64,000 nt of DNA, from the NCBI GenBank assembly GCA_003222395.1, contig QHWB01000069.1, forward strand, positions 9,660-73,659, written 5' to 3'. Below are positions 1-10,004 of the stretch, in pieces. Each line of letters opens with the position of its first letter. The first letter of the stretch is position 1. The notes beneath the pieces were generated by a model, which saw nothing but the letters and a program-made list of their open reading frames with translations, had not been told where the DNA came from and ran no database searches. The DNA is from Acidobacteriota bacterium. GTDB lineage: Bacteria > Acidobacteriota > Vicinamibacteria > Vicinamibacterales > CAVVIG01. A program made the position numbers and the translations under genes.

Positions 1-179
1 GACTCCAGATTCTAGAACTCGCACAGAGTGCCTATCCGTCGTACGTTACGAAAAATTCGCGCGAACAGGCACGTCTCGGTGAAAACAGTCGTATCGAACT
101 CCACCGTCGATCGCGGAAGTCTTTCGCCGGCCTACATTAAACCGTCGACGTGTTCGCGAATAGAGGCAAAACTGGAGAT

Positions 180-225
180 TGGCTCCTCAGGTTGGACTCG
201 AACCAACAACCCTCCGGTTAACAGC
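180..225 (-). tRNA. 3' half of tRNA-Asn(GTT), truncated; att-like site
   Basis: Reverse complement reads GCTGTTAACCGGAGGGTTGTTGGTTCGAGTCCAACCTGAGGAGCCA: anticodon loop CT-GTT-AA, T-loop GGTTCGAGTCC, CCA end. The D-arm and 5' acceptor strand are absent. Confidence 0.85.
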
Positions 226-360
226 AATCACGGATCGTCGGCACCGTCGCTGACCACAGAAACTTGTAGACGTGGCGTTTCGGATGCGATCGTAGCGACG
301 ACCAGCTGCGGCAAGCTACGGCCGAACTTGCGTACTGGCGCGTTCCTGCCCGTTTAACAG

Positions 361-773
361 CATGGCTCCGGTCTCGGCGATCGCGGACATGGTGGCCGAT
401 CCTCGTCGACGATCGACGATCATCGTGACCCCGTTGGAGAGACTCAGACACCCATCGCAACCGGGCCGCACCTGGTCTGACTCACGAGAGGAGGACCGCC
501 ATGAGCGCCGCCCGCCCGGCAGAACTGAATCGGAAGCAGCGAAAGGAATTGGCCCGGCGCCTGCGGGTCGACGACCCGGGCCTGGAGGTGATGCATCCCC
601 ACGCCGCCGGGATCGACGTCGGCAACAGCGCGCATTACGTCGCGGTCCGGCCGGATCGAGATCCAAACTCGGTCCGACGGTTTGAGTGTTTCACCGCCGA
701 CTTGCATCGGCTGGCGGACTGGTTACAGCACTGTGGGGTGACCACGGTGGCGATGCAGTCGACCGGCGTCTAA
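361..773 (+). mobile_element. IS110-family element remnant: left non-coding end plus N-terminal DEDD transposase fragment (CDS 501-773)
   Basis: HAAGIDVG...HYVAV...FECFTADLHRLADWL..CGVTTVAMQSTGV is typical of the IS110 RuvC-like N-terminus. RBS GAGGAGG precedes ATG 501. Stop at 771-773 sits at a junction. Confidence 0.85.
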
Positions 774-1274
774 AGGAACGTTTTTCGATCCTCGCCTGAA
801 CGATAAAGGCCGCTTCCCCGTTTCCGTAAAAGCCGGATACCCGAACGTCCGCAACACGCCAGACTTGATCACGTCCAAGCTGGCGGCATTGCATTTCTAC
901 CAACTCGCGATTCCCGCACCTACGCCGCCCGCTGGTTCCTTCGACGCGCAGGTCGCACAACGTGGCAGGCGGTGTTCGAGGGACAGGCGAGGTGCGCGAC
1001 GTGCCATGTGCCGCCACTGTTCACCGAGCCTGGATGGGCCTTGCACAAACCTGAGGAAATCGGGATTGATGACTTTCAGGCCGATCGATCTCCGGACAAG
1101 CAATATCGAACGACGGCGCTGAGGGGCCTGTTCACCCGGCAGAAGGGCGGTTTCTATCACGACGGCAGGTTCCCAACGCTGGAAGCCGTGGTCAACCATT
1201 ACGACGAACATCTCAAGCTGAAGCTGACCCCCGAACAGAAGCGCGAGCTCATTGAGTACCTGAAGTCACTGTGA
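774..1274 (+). pseudogene. C-terminal fragment of a cytochrome c peroxidase-like (CxxCH) protein, frameshifted
   Basis: Pieces in different frames: GTFFDPRLND, LITSKLAALHFYQLAIPAP, CATCHVPPLFT...GGFYHDGRF..L..VV.HY...LIEYLKSL. The 5' part is missing. Confidence 0.7.
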
Positions 1275-1287
1275 AGCGCAGTGGCGA

Positions 1288-1761
1288 ATGTTTAGGTCCC
1301 GCCGGCGTCACCGCGCCGCGGTTGGCACATGGAGGTTCGCACTGCACGAAATAGATCACCGACCGAAGGGGGAACGGGATGCGTTCAAGCTGCTGTACGC
1401 CGGCTTTGTCGCAGCGCCGATCATCGCCGGGTTCGACAAATTCACCGACAAACTCGGGAATTGGGACCGGTATTTGTCCGACGATGTTGTGGAAAAGCTT
1501 CCGGTCGAGCGTCACACGTTCATGCAAGGCGTTGGGTTGATCGAAATCGCCGCAGGAATGCTCGTCGCCGCCAAGCCAAGGTGGGGCGGCTATGTCGTGG
1601 GCGCATGGCTTGCGGGAATCGTCGCCAACCTTTGGACGAAGCCCGAATACAGAGATATCGCCCTCCGCGACATTGGGCTCGCCCTTGGCGCCCTGGCGCT
1701 CGCTCGGATCGCCGCTGATCAACCGACCGCACACCGGCACGTCGGCGATCTGGCCGCGTGA
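1288..1761 (+). CDS. DoxX-like membrane protein (start uncertain)
   Basis: GFVAAPIIAGFDKF...W..YL...VGLIEIAAG...WLAGIVANL...DIALRDIGL; four hydrophobic segments. Confidence 0.65.
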   Translation: MFRSRRRHRAAVGTWRFALHEIDHRPKGERDAFKLLYAGFVAAPIIAGFDKFTDKLGNWDRYLSDDVVEKLPVERHTFMQGVGLIEIAAGMLVAAKPRWGGYVVGAWLAGIVANLWTKPEYRDIALRDIGLALGALALARIAADQPTAHRHVGDLAA

Positions 1762-1789
1762 GTCGGACGTTCTGTCCGTCAGGACGCCG

Positions 1790-2587
1790 CGATTGGGGTA
1801 TCGACACCGCAATCGCGGCGGCTCGTTTGGAGTCTGGTGCCCGCTTGGCGCTACTTCCGCATCGTGGGCGAACTGAAGGGCCTGGGCGTGATTGTGTCAG
1901 CGACGACTGTGAAGAAGGTCCGGCGCGAAGAGCAGCTTGGTCCAGCAGGCAAGCGCAAGGGTCCGTCGTGGCGTGAGTTCCCGCACGCGCAAGCTAAGAG
2001 CGTCATTGCCGTGGATTTCTTCACCGTCGACACCATCTGGCTCCAGCGGTTGTACGCGCTGTTTCTTTATCGAAAATCGCCAGTCGTCGCGTGTACCTGG
2101 CCGCGCCGGCTGCACGGCGCGTCCTGACGGCGAATGGGTGACGCAGCAGGCGCGGCACGTCGCGTGGACGCTCTCCGAGCGTGCCGACCCAGTCCGATTC
2201 CTGATTCGCGACCATGATCAAAGTTCACGAGCAGTGTCGATGTCGTCTTTGAGGCGCAAGGCACGCGCATTGTTCGTACGCTGATTCAGGTCCCTGAGGC
2301 GAATGGGACCGCGCAGCGGTTCGTTCGGACGGTTCGACCTGAATGCCTGGACTGGTTGCTGATCCTGAACGCAGGGCACCTCATGCGAACGCTGACTGTA
2401 TTTATGGATCATTACAATGGTTGTAGGCCCCATCGCAGCCTGGGACTCACGCCTCCGAATGGTCGGACGCCGATTGAGAACTGGGAGGGCATGCAACCGA
2501 TCACCGTGACACGTCGCGACCGTCTCGGCGGCCTCTTACGCGAGTATGAGCGCGCTGCGTGACTGGATCGAATTTATTTACCCTACA
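1790..2587 (+). mobile_element. Degenerate rve/DDE 'integrase core' transposase element, copy A
   Basis: Frameshifted pieces RIVGELKGLG, AVDFFTVDTIWLQRLY, WVTQQAR, FLIRDHD, HYNGCRPHRSL, RDRLGGLLREYERAA*. End motif GAATTTATTTACCCTACA. Confidence 0.85.
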
Positions 2588-2657
2588 ACGTCCTGGCGGC
2601 ATGATCAGTTTTCTGCACCCTACACGAAACGAGCACAACTTGAGCATGTCGCGGACG

Positions 2658-3764
2658 CTACTCGCGCTCGTAGTGTTTTGGGAACAAACGGCTATAGATC
2701 AGCGCGACTTGTGCCAGCCGCTTCTCGGCGACGCCTTGATCCATGTCGGAGAGGACCACGGTCCATATGTCGCCCTTGCGGCGAGCGTTCGCTTCGACAT
2801 CGCGCTTCTCGTTGGCCGATGTCTGATAGGTGTACTCGCGGATGTCGGTCCAGCCGTCTTTGTCGGGCAAACTATTGGTGACCTTCAGCGGCCACTTCAC
2901 ATCGGGCCGATACGCCGCCCATGCCGCGGCAACGGCGCGGTCGGCGTCCGCGGCATGGACGTAGACGAGCGCGATGTGCGAGTTGCCTTCGGGCGATTCG
3001 AGGATCGTCGCGGGACCGCGCCTCTCGATCCGCCAGAGGTCGGGCGCCACGAACCGGGCGCCTTCGACGGTCGTGCGCTGTGTATCGGCCCCGAGCACTT
3101 CGCTCGCTGGCGCAGCGGGCTGATGTGATGTGACGCCGGTCAATTGCAGCGTCATGCTGAGGAAGAGGAGCAGAACACCAATTGCACACGTCCCCAAATC
3201 CTGCGGAGGCTGATAATTGAACAGCGGCCGGTTGTTGTAGTCGTCCATCTTCGCCGACGAGGACTTGTCGTGAGAGGGCGCCGGCTCTCGATCGTCGAGC
3301 GGCGTGTAGTCGCACGGGACGCCGTAGAGCGCGGCCACGCGGCGCGCGAGCTTCGCGTCGTCGCACTGCAGGTTGGATGGATAGGCAAATTCGGCGCGAT
3401 ACCCGCTCTCGTGCTCGATCACGCGTCCCCAGATTTTGACGGCACCCCACGCACGGCCCGCCGGCCCTTTCAAGTGCTGCAACCGCAGGGCATGAGCACG
3501 ACGCTCCATCCGCACTCGTTCCAAAGCGGCGGCCGGCGTCCTGACGACGTGAATGCCACAGTCGCAGCCGTAGACGGGCGCCGACACGAATCGACCATCG
3601 CGAACGTGTTCGCCTGCGCCTTCATATGACACCGCGCCGCAACGAGCAACGAATGGCTCATACGGCGGCCACGGCTCCACGAACGCCGACCCGGCGAGGA
3701 GCCCGTTTTCAAACACGTTGAAGACGCGATACGCCGTGATCGCCTCGAAGTAATCGGGAATCAC
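2658..3764 (-). CDS. Chimeric ORF: N-terminal CxCG...WGRVIEHESGYRAE domain fused to a truncated serine-hydrolase N-terminal domain
   Basis: N-half AYRVF...CDCGIH...VKIWGRVIEHESGYRAEFAYP. A TM/signal-like segment follows, then ADTQRTTVEGARFVAP...PDKDGW...AEKRLAQVALIYSRLFPKHYERE, which I recognise as the N-domain of beta-lactamase-family serine hydrolases, cut before the catalytic domain. Confidence 0.55.
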   Translation of the reverse strand: MIPDYFEAITAYRVFNVFENGLLAGSAFVEPWPPYEPFVARCGAVSYEGAGEHVRDGRFVSAPVYGCDCGIHVVRTPAAALERVRMERRAHALRLQHLKGPAGRAWGAVKIWGRVIEHESGYRAEFAYPSNLQCDDAKLARRVAALYGVPCDYTPLDDREPAPSHDKSSSAKMDDYNNRPLFNYQPPQDLGTCAIGVLLLFLSMTLQLTGVTSHQPAAPASEVLGADTQRTTVEGARFVAPDLWRIERRGPATILESPEGNSHIALVYVHAADADRAVAAAWAAYRPDVKWPLKVTNSLPDKDGWTDIREYTYQTSANEKRDVEANARRKGDIWTVVLSDMDQGVAEKRLAQVALIYSRLFPKHYERE

Positions 3765-3889
3765 GCTGGCACCCTCTTCGGGACTGGCTTCGGCATCTGC
3801 TTCTGTGGTGGCGCAGGCGTGCGCTGCGGCACGGGTATTTTCGTCGGCTCGACGTAGATTTCACGCGTCGGCTTACCAATCTGCGCCAT
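3761..3889 (-). CDS. 42-aa proline-rich small protein MAQIGKPTREIYVEPTKIPVPQRTPAPPQKQMPKPVPKRVPA (not in ORF track)
   Basis: ATG at 3889 after GAGGGTGAG. Its TGA (3763-3761) overlaps the GTG start of the downstream ORF (GTGA coupling). Confidence 0.7.
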   Translation of the reverse strand: MAQIGKPTREIYVEPTKIPVPQRTPAPPQKQMPKPVPKRVPA

Positions 3890-4042
3890 AACTCACCCTC
3901 ACGACGATCAGCACGATTTATCGAGAGCGACGCAGCTCCACCTCGATTCACGGTGTGACGCGAACGATACTCCAATGCCACGCCACCGTCGAGCGGTTCC
4001 ACATCCCACCGCGACCCGATGACGCTATGATCGCTCACCGCC

Positions 4043-4178
4043 GTGATTGAAACATCGCAACGGCCGCCGGCGGCTTCGGATCTCGACCAGCTCGCGCCGA
4101 TGCTGATGGACGCTGTCGTCAGCGGCGCCGGCGTCAGCTTCGTGCTTCCGTTCTCCGTTGCAGCCGCGCGCGAGTGGT
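4043..4178 (+). pseudogene. GNAT acetyltransferase N-terminal fragment
   Basis: DLDQLAPMLMDAVVSGAGVSFVLPF...AREW (Ttr-like GNAT start). Cut at the TGT end of the adjacent element. Confidence 0.6.
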
Positions 4179-5270
4179 TGTGCTTCGCCAAAATCAGATC
4201 GGCGCGTTTCGAGTCACGTTCGGTTGTGAGCCGTAGCGACACGTTACAAAGGCCTTTCGATAGAGGGACGGTGCGTCGGCGACGCTTTCCGCTGATGCGC
4301 AGCGAGACGGCCGGCTGTCAAAGCGCGACGCAACCGCGTCGCGCGACGGTGGTCGCCGGCGTAGGTCAAGCAGCGCGGCGCTCATAGCGATGGTGCAACC
4401 CGCCCACTTCCGCGAACTCGATGACGCGGCCTTCCGTCGCGTCCTGGACCCGTCGTGGCGTCGGGGCGTCTTTGTCCAGCGACAGGTGTGTTCGCGATCC
4501 GCGATAGTACGAGAGACATCGCCTGAGCACGCGCAGCAGGTGTCGTTCGCTGAGGACGATGAGGTGGTCAAGACATTCGCGACGCATCGATCCGATCAGG
4601 CGTTCGACGTATGGATTCTGCCACGGACTCGACGGACTGGAGATGACCTCGGTGATGCCCATGCCGGCGATGCGACGCTGGTATACCTCACCGTAGATCG
4701 CATCGCGGTCTCGCATGAGCCAGGTCCGCGCGGTGTCTTCCGGAAACGTCGCGACGATCTGTTGCGCGGTCCATTCAGCGGTTGGATGTTCAGTGACGGC
4801 CAGGTGGACGACTCAACGACGTCGGTGCGCGAGGAGGACCAGCACGAACAACACGTCGCCCGTGAGCGTGGGCACGGTGAAGAAGTCCATTGAGACGATC
4901 GCGGCGATGTGATTTGTGAGGAAGGTGCGCCACGTCTGGGATGGCGGTCGCGGAAACCTCGCGACGATCCGCGAGACCGTTCGCTCCGAGACATCGATGC
5001 CCAGCTTGCGCAAGTCGCCATGGATTCGCGGCGCGCCCCACAGCGGATTCACGGATGCCATCTTGTCGATGAGCGCCCGAATCGCGGCGTCGGTCCTTGG
5101 GCGGCCGGATTGTTTCTGCCGGGATCGCTCCGTCCAGCAGCGTCGCAGCCATTGCTGATGCCAGCGCACGACGGTGTCCTGCCCGCACCATGAGCAAGGG
5201 GCCATGCCAGCCTCGCCAGGCCCTGGCGAGCACGGTCCAGAAGAATCGATCGCACGGTCGAAGACACGGT
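4179..5270 (-). mobile_element. Degenerate rve/DDE transposase element, copy B
   Basis: NPLWGAPRIHGDL.KLG, SMDFFTVPT, RDRDAIYG, SPWQNPYVERLIGSMRRECLDH, VGGLHHRYERRAA*. Frameshifts present. End TGTGCTTCGCCAAAATC at 4179. Confidence 0.85.
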
Positions 5271-5439
5271 CGCTTGGTGGTGCGTGCACGATCGGACTAG
5301 GCTCGAGAAATCGACGTATCTCGTCCAACGGATAGGACCTTTATTGAACGTTGGTTGACGTTGGCTGCCGAGTGATGCTCTTCGGACCGCGTTTGGGCAC
5401 ACTCCTGGGCACACTCGGAGAATGTTCGCCATCGCGCGA

Positions 5440-5630
5440 AATGGCTTTCTAACTGGCTATGACGGCGACCGCGTCGGACTTGCGCCGTGCGCGTTGCCGC
5501 TCCCGCGATCGCGGCGTGCTTCCAGCGCCGCACGGTCACCTCGCCAATGCGCTCGCCGTCCGCGAGTGTGATCGACTGCGACGGCCCGCCAGACGCCGGA
5601 GTCCGAACGCGCCGTCCAGGTAGCCGAGCT
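5440..5630 (-). pseudogene. Internal fragment of a carboxypeptidase-regulatory-like domain protein
   Basis: GPSQSITLADGERIGEVTVRRWKHAAIAG resembles acidobacterial CarboxypepD_reg repeat proteins. Confidence 0.35.
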
Positions 5631-5689
5631 CAGTTTGCGAGAATTGCTGATTTGGTGATCTCCGATTGCTGATTGCGGTTGCTGGAACG

Positions 5690-7132
5690 CTATAGCACCG
5701 TCGTCACAACGTCCGTCAAGAGCAGCCAGCAAGCGAATCCGGCCACCTGCACCGCAAGGGTCTTCGGCTCACGTTCGGACGTCCAATGGTTGCGTGCTGC
5801 GAACAACAGCAGCAGCACCGCGAGCGGCGTGGCGGCAATCACCCATGTCGTGAAGACGGCGGATGGCTGCGTCAGCATCCCATACGCGCCAGCGGAATGC
5901 TGCGGCAACACCAGGGCGCTAACGGTCCAATCAATCCACCTCGCGAGCGCCATGGCTGCCGCACTTGCAGGAAGCAGCAGCGCGAGCGCGATAATCCCGC
6001 TCCCGCACCACGACGAAATGTACAGGCTCCACGTCGTTAGAAGCACGACGCTCGCCGCCAGCGGCCAGAACGATGTGCGGGAGATTTGCGGCGGCGCGAA
6101 TACGAACCACGGCAGAACCACGCCGAGCACGAGTGCAAGGACGAGCACGACGCTCACTTTCACCGCCCATTGCTGCGCGCGCGGCACGGGCAGCATCGCC
6201 TGCGATTGGACCATGCCGAAGTGCCGCTCCTGCGCGCTGGCGAGGGATCCCATGAGCAGCGGTAGCAGCGCAAAATACAGCAGGCCGACTGCGCGCATCG
6301 GGACTTCCCTGGCGAAGTCCAGGTTGAGCCGGCCTGCAACTGTCAGCCCGGTCCATATGAGCGCATATACAGCGACCATGGCAAAAGTCATCTCTTGCAG
6401 CCGCAGTTCCTTCTTCGCGAGCATCCAGAGCGGCGGCCGGGCCGGGCTGTCGTCTGTCACAGTGAACCATCGCGGCAGGCGCAGTTCCTCTCGCGCACCC
6501 TCAGTGTCCTGCAGACGCATGAACGATCGCGCGGACAGGACGGCCCCGGCCGCGGCGAAGATCCACATCGCGGGCATCCAGACGGCGAGAGCCAGCGCCT
6601 CGGCGGCAGCCGTTCCGGTGCCGTAGATGATGACTCCGGCCAGCAGCGCGAGGAGGTACGTCATCCCTGGAATGGTCGCCGTGAACAGCGCGCCCGCCAT
6701 CTGACTCCGTAGCCGCATCGTCAGGTACGGCGCGACACAAAAGCCGCCGATCAATGGAAGGTATAGCGTGGGGTATCGCGGAAAGTTGCGGAACGTGTGA
6801 GCAAACGACTGGAACAACACGACCCTCGCGATGAACCCGAGCGCCACCAGCATCACCGCGAGAACGGACGCCTTGGTCAACAGCATCGACGATCGCCTGC
6901 ACGGCTGGACGAGCAGCGATGCCAGCGTGCGGTTCGTGAATTCATGCCCGATGACGTGCGCGCCGAGCGCGAGCGCTCCCGCGATGTACGCGAACGTGCC
7001 CAGCGGGAAGAGCGAGTGCATCCCCGTGCCGCGCAGCACCGGGTCAGCCCCGATGGTAAATGCCGTTGCCGCCCACACCGGGAGCAGCGCGCGGAATTCC
7101 TTCGACGCGAGCGCCGTCCGCGGGCCGTTCAT
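5690..7132 (-). CDS. ABC-2 type permease with internally duplicated halves
   Basis: About 12 TM segments, two KE.R starts, and E...T...LL.QP / ER..G....LP motifs. ATGA overlap with the ATPase gene. Confidence 0.8.
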   Translation of the reverse strand: MNGPRTALASKEFRALLPVWAATAFTIGADPVLRGTGMHSLFPLGTFAYIAGALALGAHVIGHEFTNRTLASLLVQPCRRSSMLLTKASVLAVMLVALGFIARVVLFQSFAHTFRNFPRYPTLYLPLIGGFCVAPYLTMRLRSQMAGALFTATIPGMTYLLALLAGVIIYGTGTAAAEALALAVWMPAMWIFAAAGAVLSARSFMRLQDTEGAREELRLPRWFTVTDDSPARPPLWMLAKKELRLQEMTFAMVAVYALIWTGLTVAGRLNLDFAREVPMRAVGLLYFALLPLLMGSLASAQERHFGMVQSQAMLPVPRAQQWAVKVSVVLVLALVLGVVLPWFVFAPPQISRTSFWPLAASVVLLTTWSLYISSWCGSGIIALALLLPASAAAMALARWIDWTVSALVLPQHSAGAYGMLTQPSAVFTTWVIAATPLAVLLLLFAARNHWTSEREPKTLAVQVAGFACWLLLTDVVTTVL

Positions 7133-7878
7133 GCCGTCACACCATGCGGTTGAAGGGTCGTCACGAAAATCTCCTCGAGGCTCTTCTCGTGGCGCGCGCG
7201 CGCAGCGTCGGCGTTGAGCGTGAGCACTTCACGCCCGCGATCGATGATCGTGAACTCGTCGATCAACCCTTCGAACTCGGAAATCAGGTGGGTGGAGACG
7301 AACACGGTCCGGCGGCCGGGATCGCCATCCTGGTACGCGCCGATCACGGTCCGGATGAACTCGCGGCGGACGATCGGATCGAGTCCCGAGGTCGGCTCGT
7401 CGAGGATGAGCAGTTCGGGCTCGGGGCAGATTGCGATGACGAGCGCGAGCTGCGTGCGCTGGCCTTTCGAGAGGTGACTCGTCTTCTGGCGCGGATCGAG
7501 GCGGAACTGCTCGAGGAGCGCGCGCTCCGTCTCGCTGTTCCACGTCGGACGAAACGACGCGAAGTACCCAAGGGCGTCGCGGACCGTCATCCACGGATAG
7601 AATGCGACGTAGTCGGGGACGTAGGAAATGCGCGACTTGACGGCGACTTCCTCGCGCGCGGGATCCATCCCGAACACCCGCACCTCTCCGCTCGTCGGCC
7701 GCAGCAGGTTCAGCAGGCACTTGATCGTCGTCGTCTTTCCGGCGCCGTTCCTGCCGAAGAACCCGTAGCACCGGCCTGCCGGCACCGAAAGGCTCAGCCC
7801 GTCAACGGCGTCGGTGCGTCCGTAGCGGCGGACCAGGTTGCGGACTTCGATCACGGGATTGTTGTGGGTCATAAGCAT
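7129..7878 (-). CDS. ABC transporter ATP-binding protein
   Basis: Walker A GRNGAGKTT, signature LSKGQ, Walker B LILDEP, H-loop STH. Confidence 0.95.
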   Translation of the reverse strand: MLMTHNNPVIEVRNLVRRYGRTDAVDGLSLSVPAGRCYGFFGRNGAGKTTTIKCLLNLLRPTSGEVRVFGMDPAREEVAVKSRISYVPDYVAFYPWMTVRDALGYFASFRPTWNSETERALLEQFRLDPRQKTSHLSKGQRTQLALVIAICPEPELLILDEPTSGLDPIVRREFIRTVIGAYQDGDPGRRTVFVSTHLISEFEGLIDEFTIIDRGREVLTLNADAARARHEKSLEEIFVTTLQPHGVTA

Positions 7879-8280
7879 TCAGGAGTTCGCCGCGTGGCGC
7901 TTGTGCTCGAGCGCGTCGAAGCGCTCCTCGGCGACACGCAGAAAGTCCGCCTTGTCGATTTGCAGATGGTGCGCCTGAATGACGGCACCGTCGAGCGTGT
8001 CGGCGAGCAGCTTCCGGCGCACCTCTTTTTTGAATGGCGAATGGTTCGCACGAACGAAACAGCCTTTGCCGGCGATGGTCTCAATGACGCCCTGACTCTC
8101 CAGCGCCGAGTACGCCTTGGCGACCGTGTTCCGATTGACTCGCAGTTCTTCCGCGAGTGGACGGATCCCCGGCAACGGTGAGCCTGCGTGGAGCGCACCG
8201 GATGCGGCGGCCGCCTTCACCTGGTCGACGAGTTGCAGGTAGACGGCCTTGCCCGATTTGTAATTCAACTGAAACAGCAT
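7879..8280 (-). CDS. GntR family (YtrA subfamily) transcriptional regulator
   Basis: VYLQLVDQVK...LPGIRPLAEELRVNRNTVAKAYSALE..G.I....GKGCFV; short C-terminus; heads the ABC operon. Confidence 0.92.
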   Translation of the reverse strand: MLFQLNYKSGKAVYLQLVDQVKAAAASGALHAGSPLPGIRPLAEELRVNRNTVAKAYSALESQGVIETIAGKGCFVRANHSPFKKEVRRKLLADTLDGAVIQAHHLQIDKADFLRVAEERFDALEHKRHAANS

Positions 8281-8286
8281 ATTCAG

Positions 8287-8327
8287 ACTGTCATATGACA
8301 GTATGACACACGACGGCGATTTGTCAA
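8287..8327 (-). promoter_or_regulatory. Sigma70-type promoter overlapped by palindromic operator (likely YtrA autoregulation)
   Basis: TTGACA (8327-8322), 16 bp spacer, TG-T-CATACT. Perfect palindrome ACTGTCATATGACAGT at 8287-8302. Confidence 0.7.
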
Positions 8328-8471
8328 GAGCTGCCTTGCCAGCGCTCCTGACCGCTAGCGACGCAGTGGCCGCCGGTGGGGCGCGCTTTCAACGAGGACC
8401 ACCGCGCTGCATGATCTCGAGAGTCTGAGTGTCGTGAGGTCGCTACGGGTACTCCAGTCCTCCGGCCCCGC

Positions 8472-8898
8472 TTAGCCTCTTCGTATCGTTCCCCACCGCG
8501 GGTTCTCTCGCGCGAGCCGCACCACCAGGTCTCGAATCTCACGCCGCATCGGCGGATGCCCGATTGGACGGGCGTACGTCCACCGCCTGGCGACCAAGCG
8601 TCGATGCCATCGCAGCAGCGTCGCCGGCGTCACGATGAAGGATCGCCAACACTCGCGTGGCAGCAATCGGCTGGCAGCGGCGACGAACACCCTGTCGACG
8701 GCGGTCATCGCGGGACGGCGCGTTTTCGGCCGAAGGATCGCGAGTTCGTGCCGCAGCACAACGATTTCGAGTTCCTTGAACTCGTTCGACCGAACGACGA
8801 AGGCGATGAACTGGAGAAGCCAGCGAAGCAACACGTAGCAGAACGACATGGGCACGAAACCTCCATCGTTACCAGGCTACGGCCCAATTCTACGCACA
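8472..8898 (-). mobile_element. rve-element 5' fragment, copy C
   Basis: KELEIVVLRHELAILR...IVTPATLLRWHRRLVARRW...RLARENPRWG, truncated. Left-end motif TGTGCGTAGAATT. Confidence 0.8.
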
Positions 8899-9037
8899 AG
8901 CCCTAACGGATTCCTGTTGGCCGCCCAGGCGTGGGACCGAGGTCCGCATTTTTGCATCCTTCACGCTGTCAAAGGACACCAATTGGCCGCGTCCAGCATC
9001 GGCGGGATGACCGCGGCGACGCGCGTCGGACCGTCCA

Positions 9038-9983
9038 ATGTCTTCGGCGCCGTTTCACATCGTCGCCTCGACCGGTGAACCCGGACATGCTGTTCGGCGC
9101 GACCAGTTCTCTCTGAGGCATCGTCATGACATCGAGTGGGCGATCAGGAGAAACGCCGCGCTGGGATTGCAGAGCATCGAGCCGTACGAAAACCAGATTG
9201 AGAAGTATCGGCGCAATCCGATGGCTCTCAAGCGGCTCTTCGATGACGCCGGCATCGCTTTCATCGACGCTTCCAAGGGTGAGGCCGGCCAGTCGACGGA
9301 GTTCATCGATCCAGCTCGGATCTCAAGAACCATCGCCGATCATGTCGAATTCGCGCGCGATTTCCTCCAGCCGCTCGGCGCCACCCACTGGAAGTGCAAC
9401 ATGGCGGCACAGCCGCCAGGCGGGCCCAGCGACGATCAGCTCAAGAAGCTCGCGGACACGCTCAACGAGATTGGCAGACAAACGTTTGCCATGGGGATTC
9501 GGATGGCTCCGGCATCCTCACATATGGGGACCTATGGAACGCGAGCACGAGGTGCGGCGCGTGATAGAGCTCACCGATCCCAAGTGCGTCTGGCTGACCA
9601 CGGACACGGGCCACCTGACGTTGGGCGGCATGGATGCCGTGCGCATCATGGGCGACTATTTCCCACGGATCGCCGAAGTGCATCTCAAGGACACATACGC
9701 GAAGTTTCGCGGCAAAACGTCGACGCCGACGCAGGAGCAGCACCGAACCGCGAGCGTCTACCACAATCTGGGCGGAGGCGGCGTCGACTTCCCGGCGGTC
9801 TTCAAGCTGTTGGGGACCGGCACTACAGGGGCTCGGTCGTTGGATCTCGACGGGCCGAGAAAGGGCGACGACGGCTTCGACGCCATCGGCGGAAACATCG
9901 ATGTCGCGATCGACGACTACATCGCGCACAACATTAATTACCTGAGAGACGTTGTCGGCGTCAGGCTTCCGCCTCTGGATTGA
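9038..9983 (+). pseudogene. Sugar phosphate isomerase/epimerase (IolE-like TIM barrel), frameshifted and 5'-damaged
   Basis: HPHIWGPMERE, DTGHLTLGGMD, EVHLKD, LGGGGVDFP split across frames. Confidence 0.75.
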
Positions 9984-10004
9984 AAAGCGCGGACAAGTCG
10001 ACGA

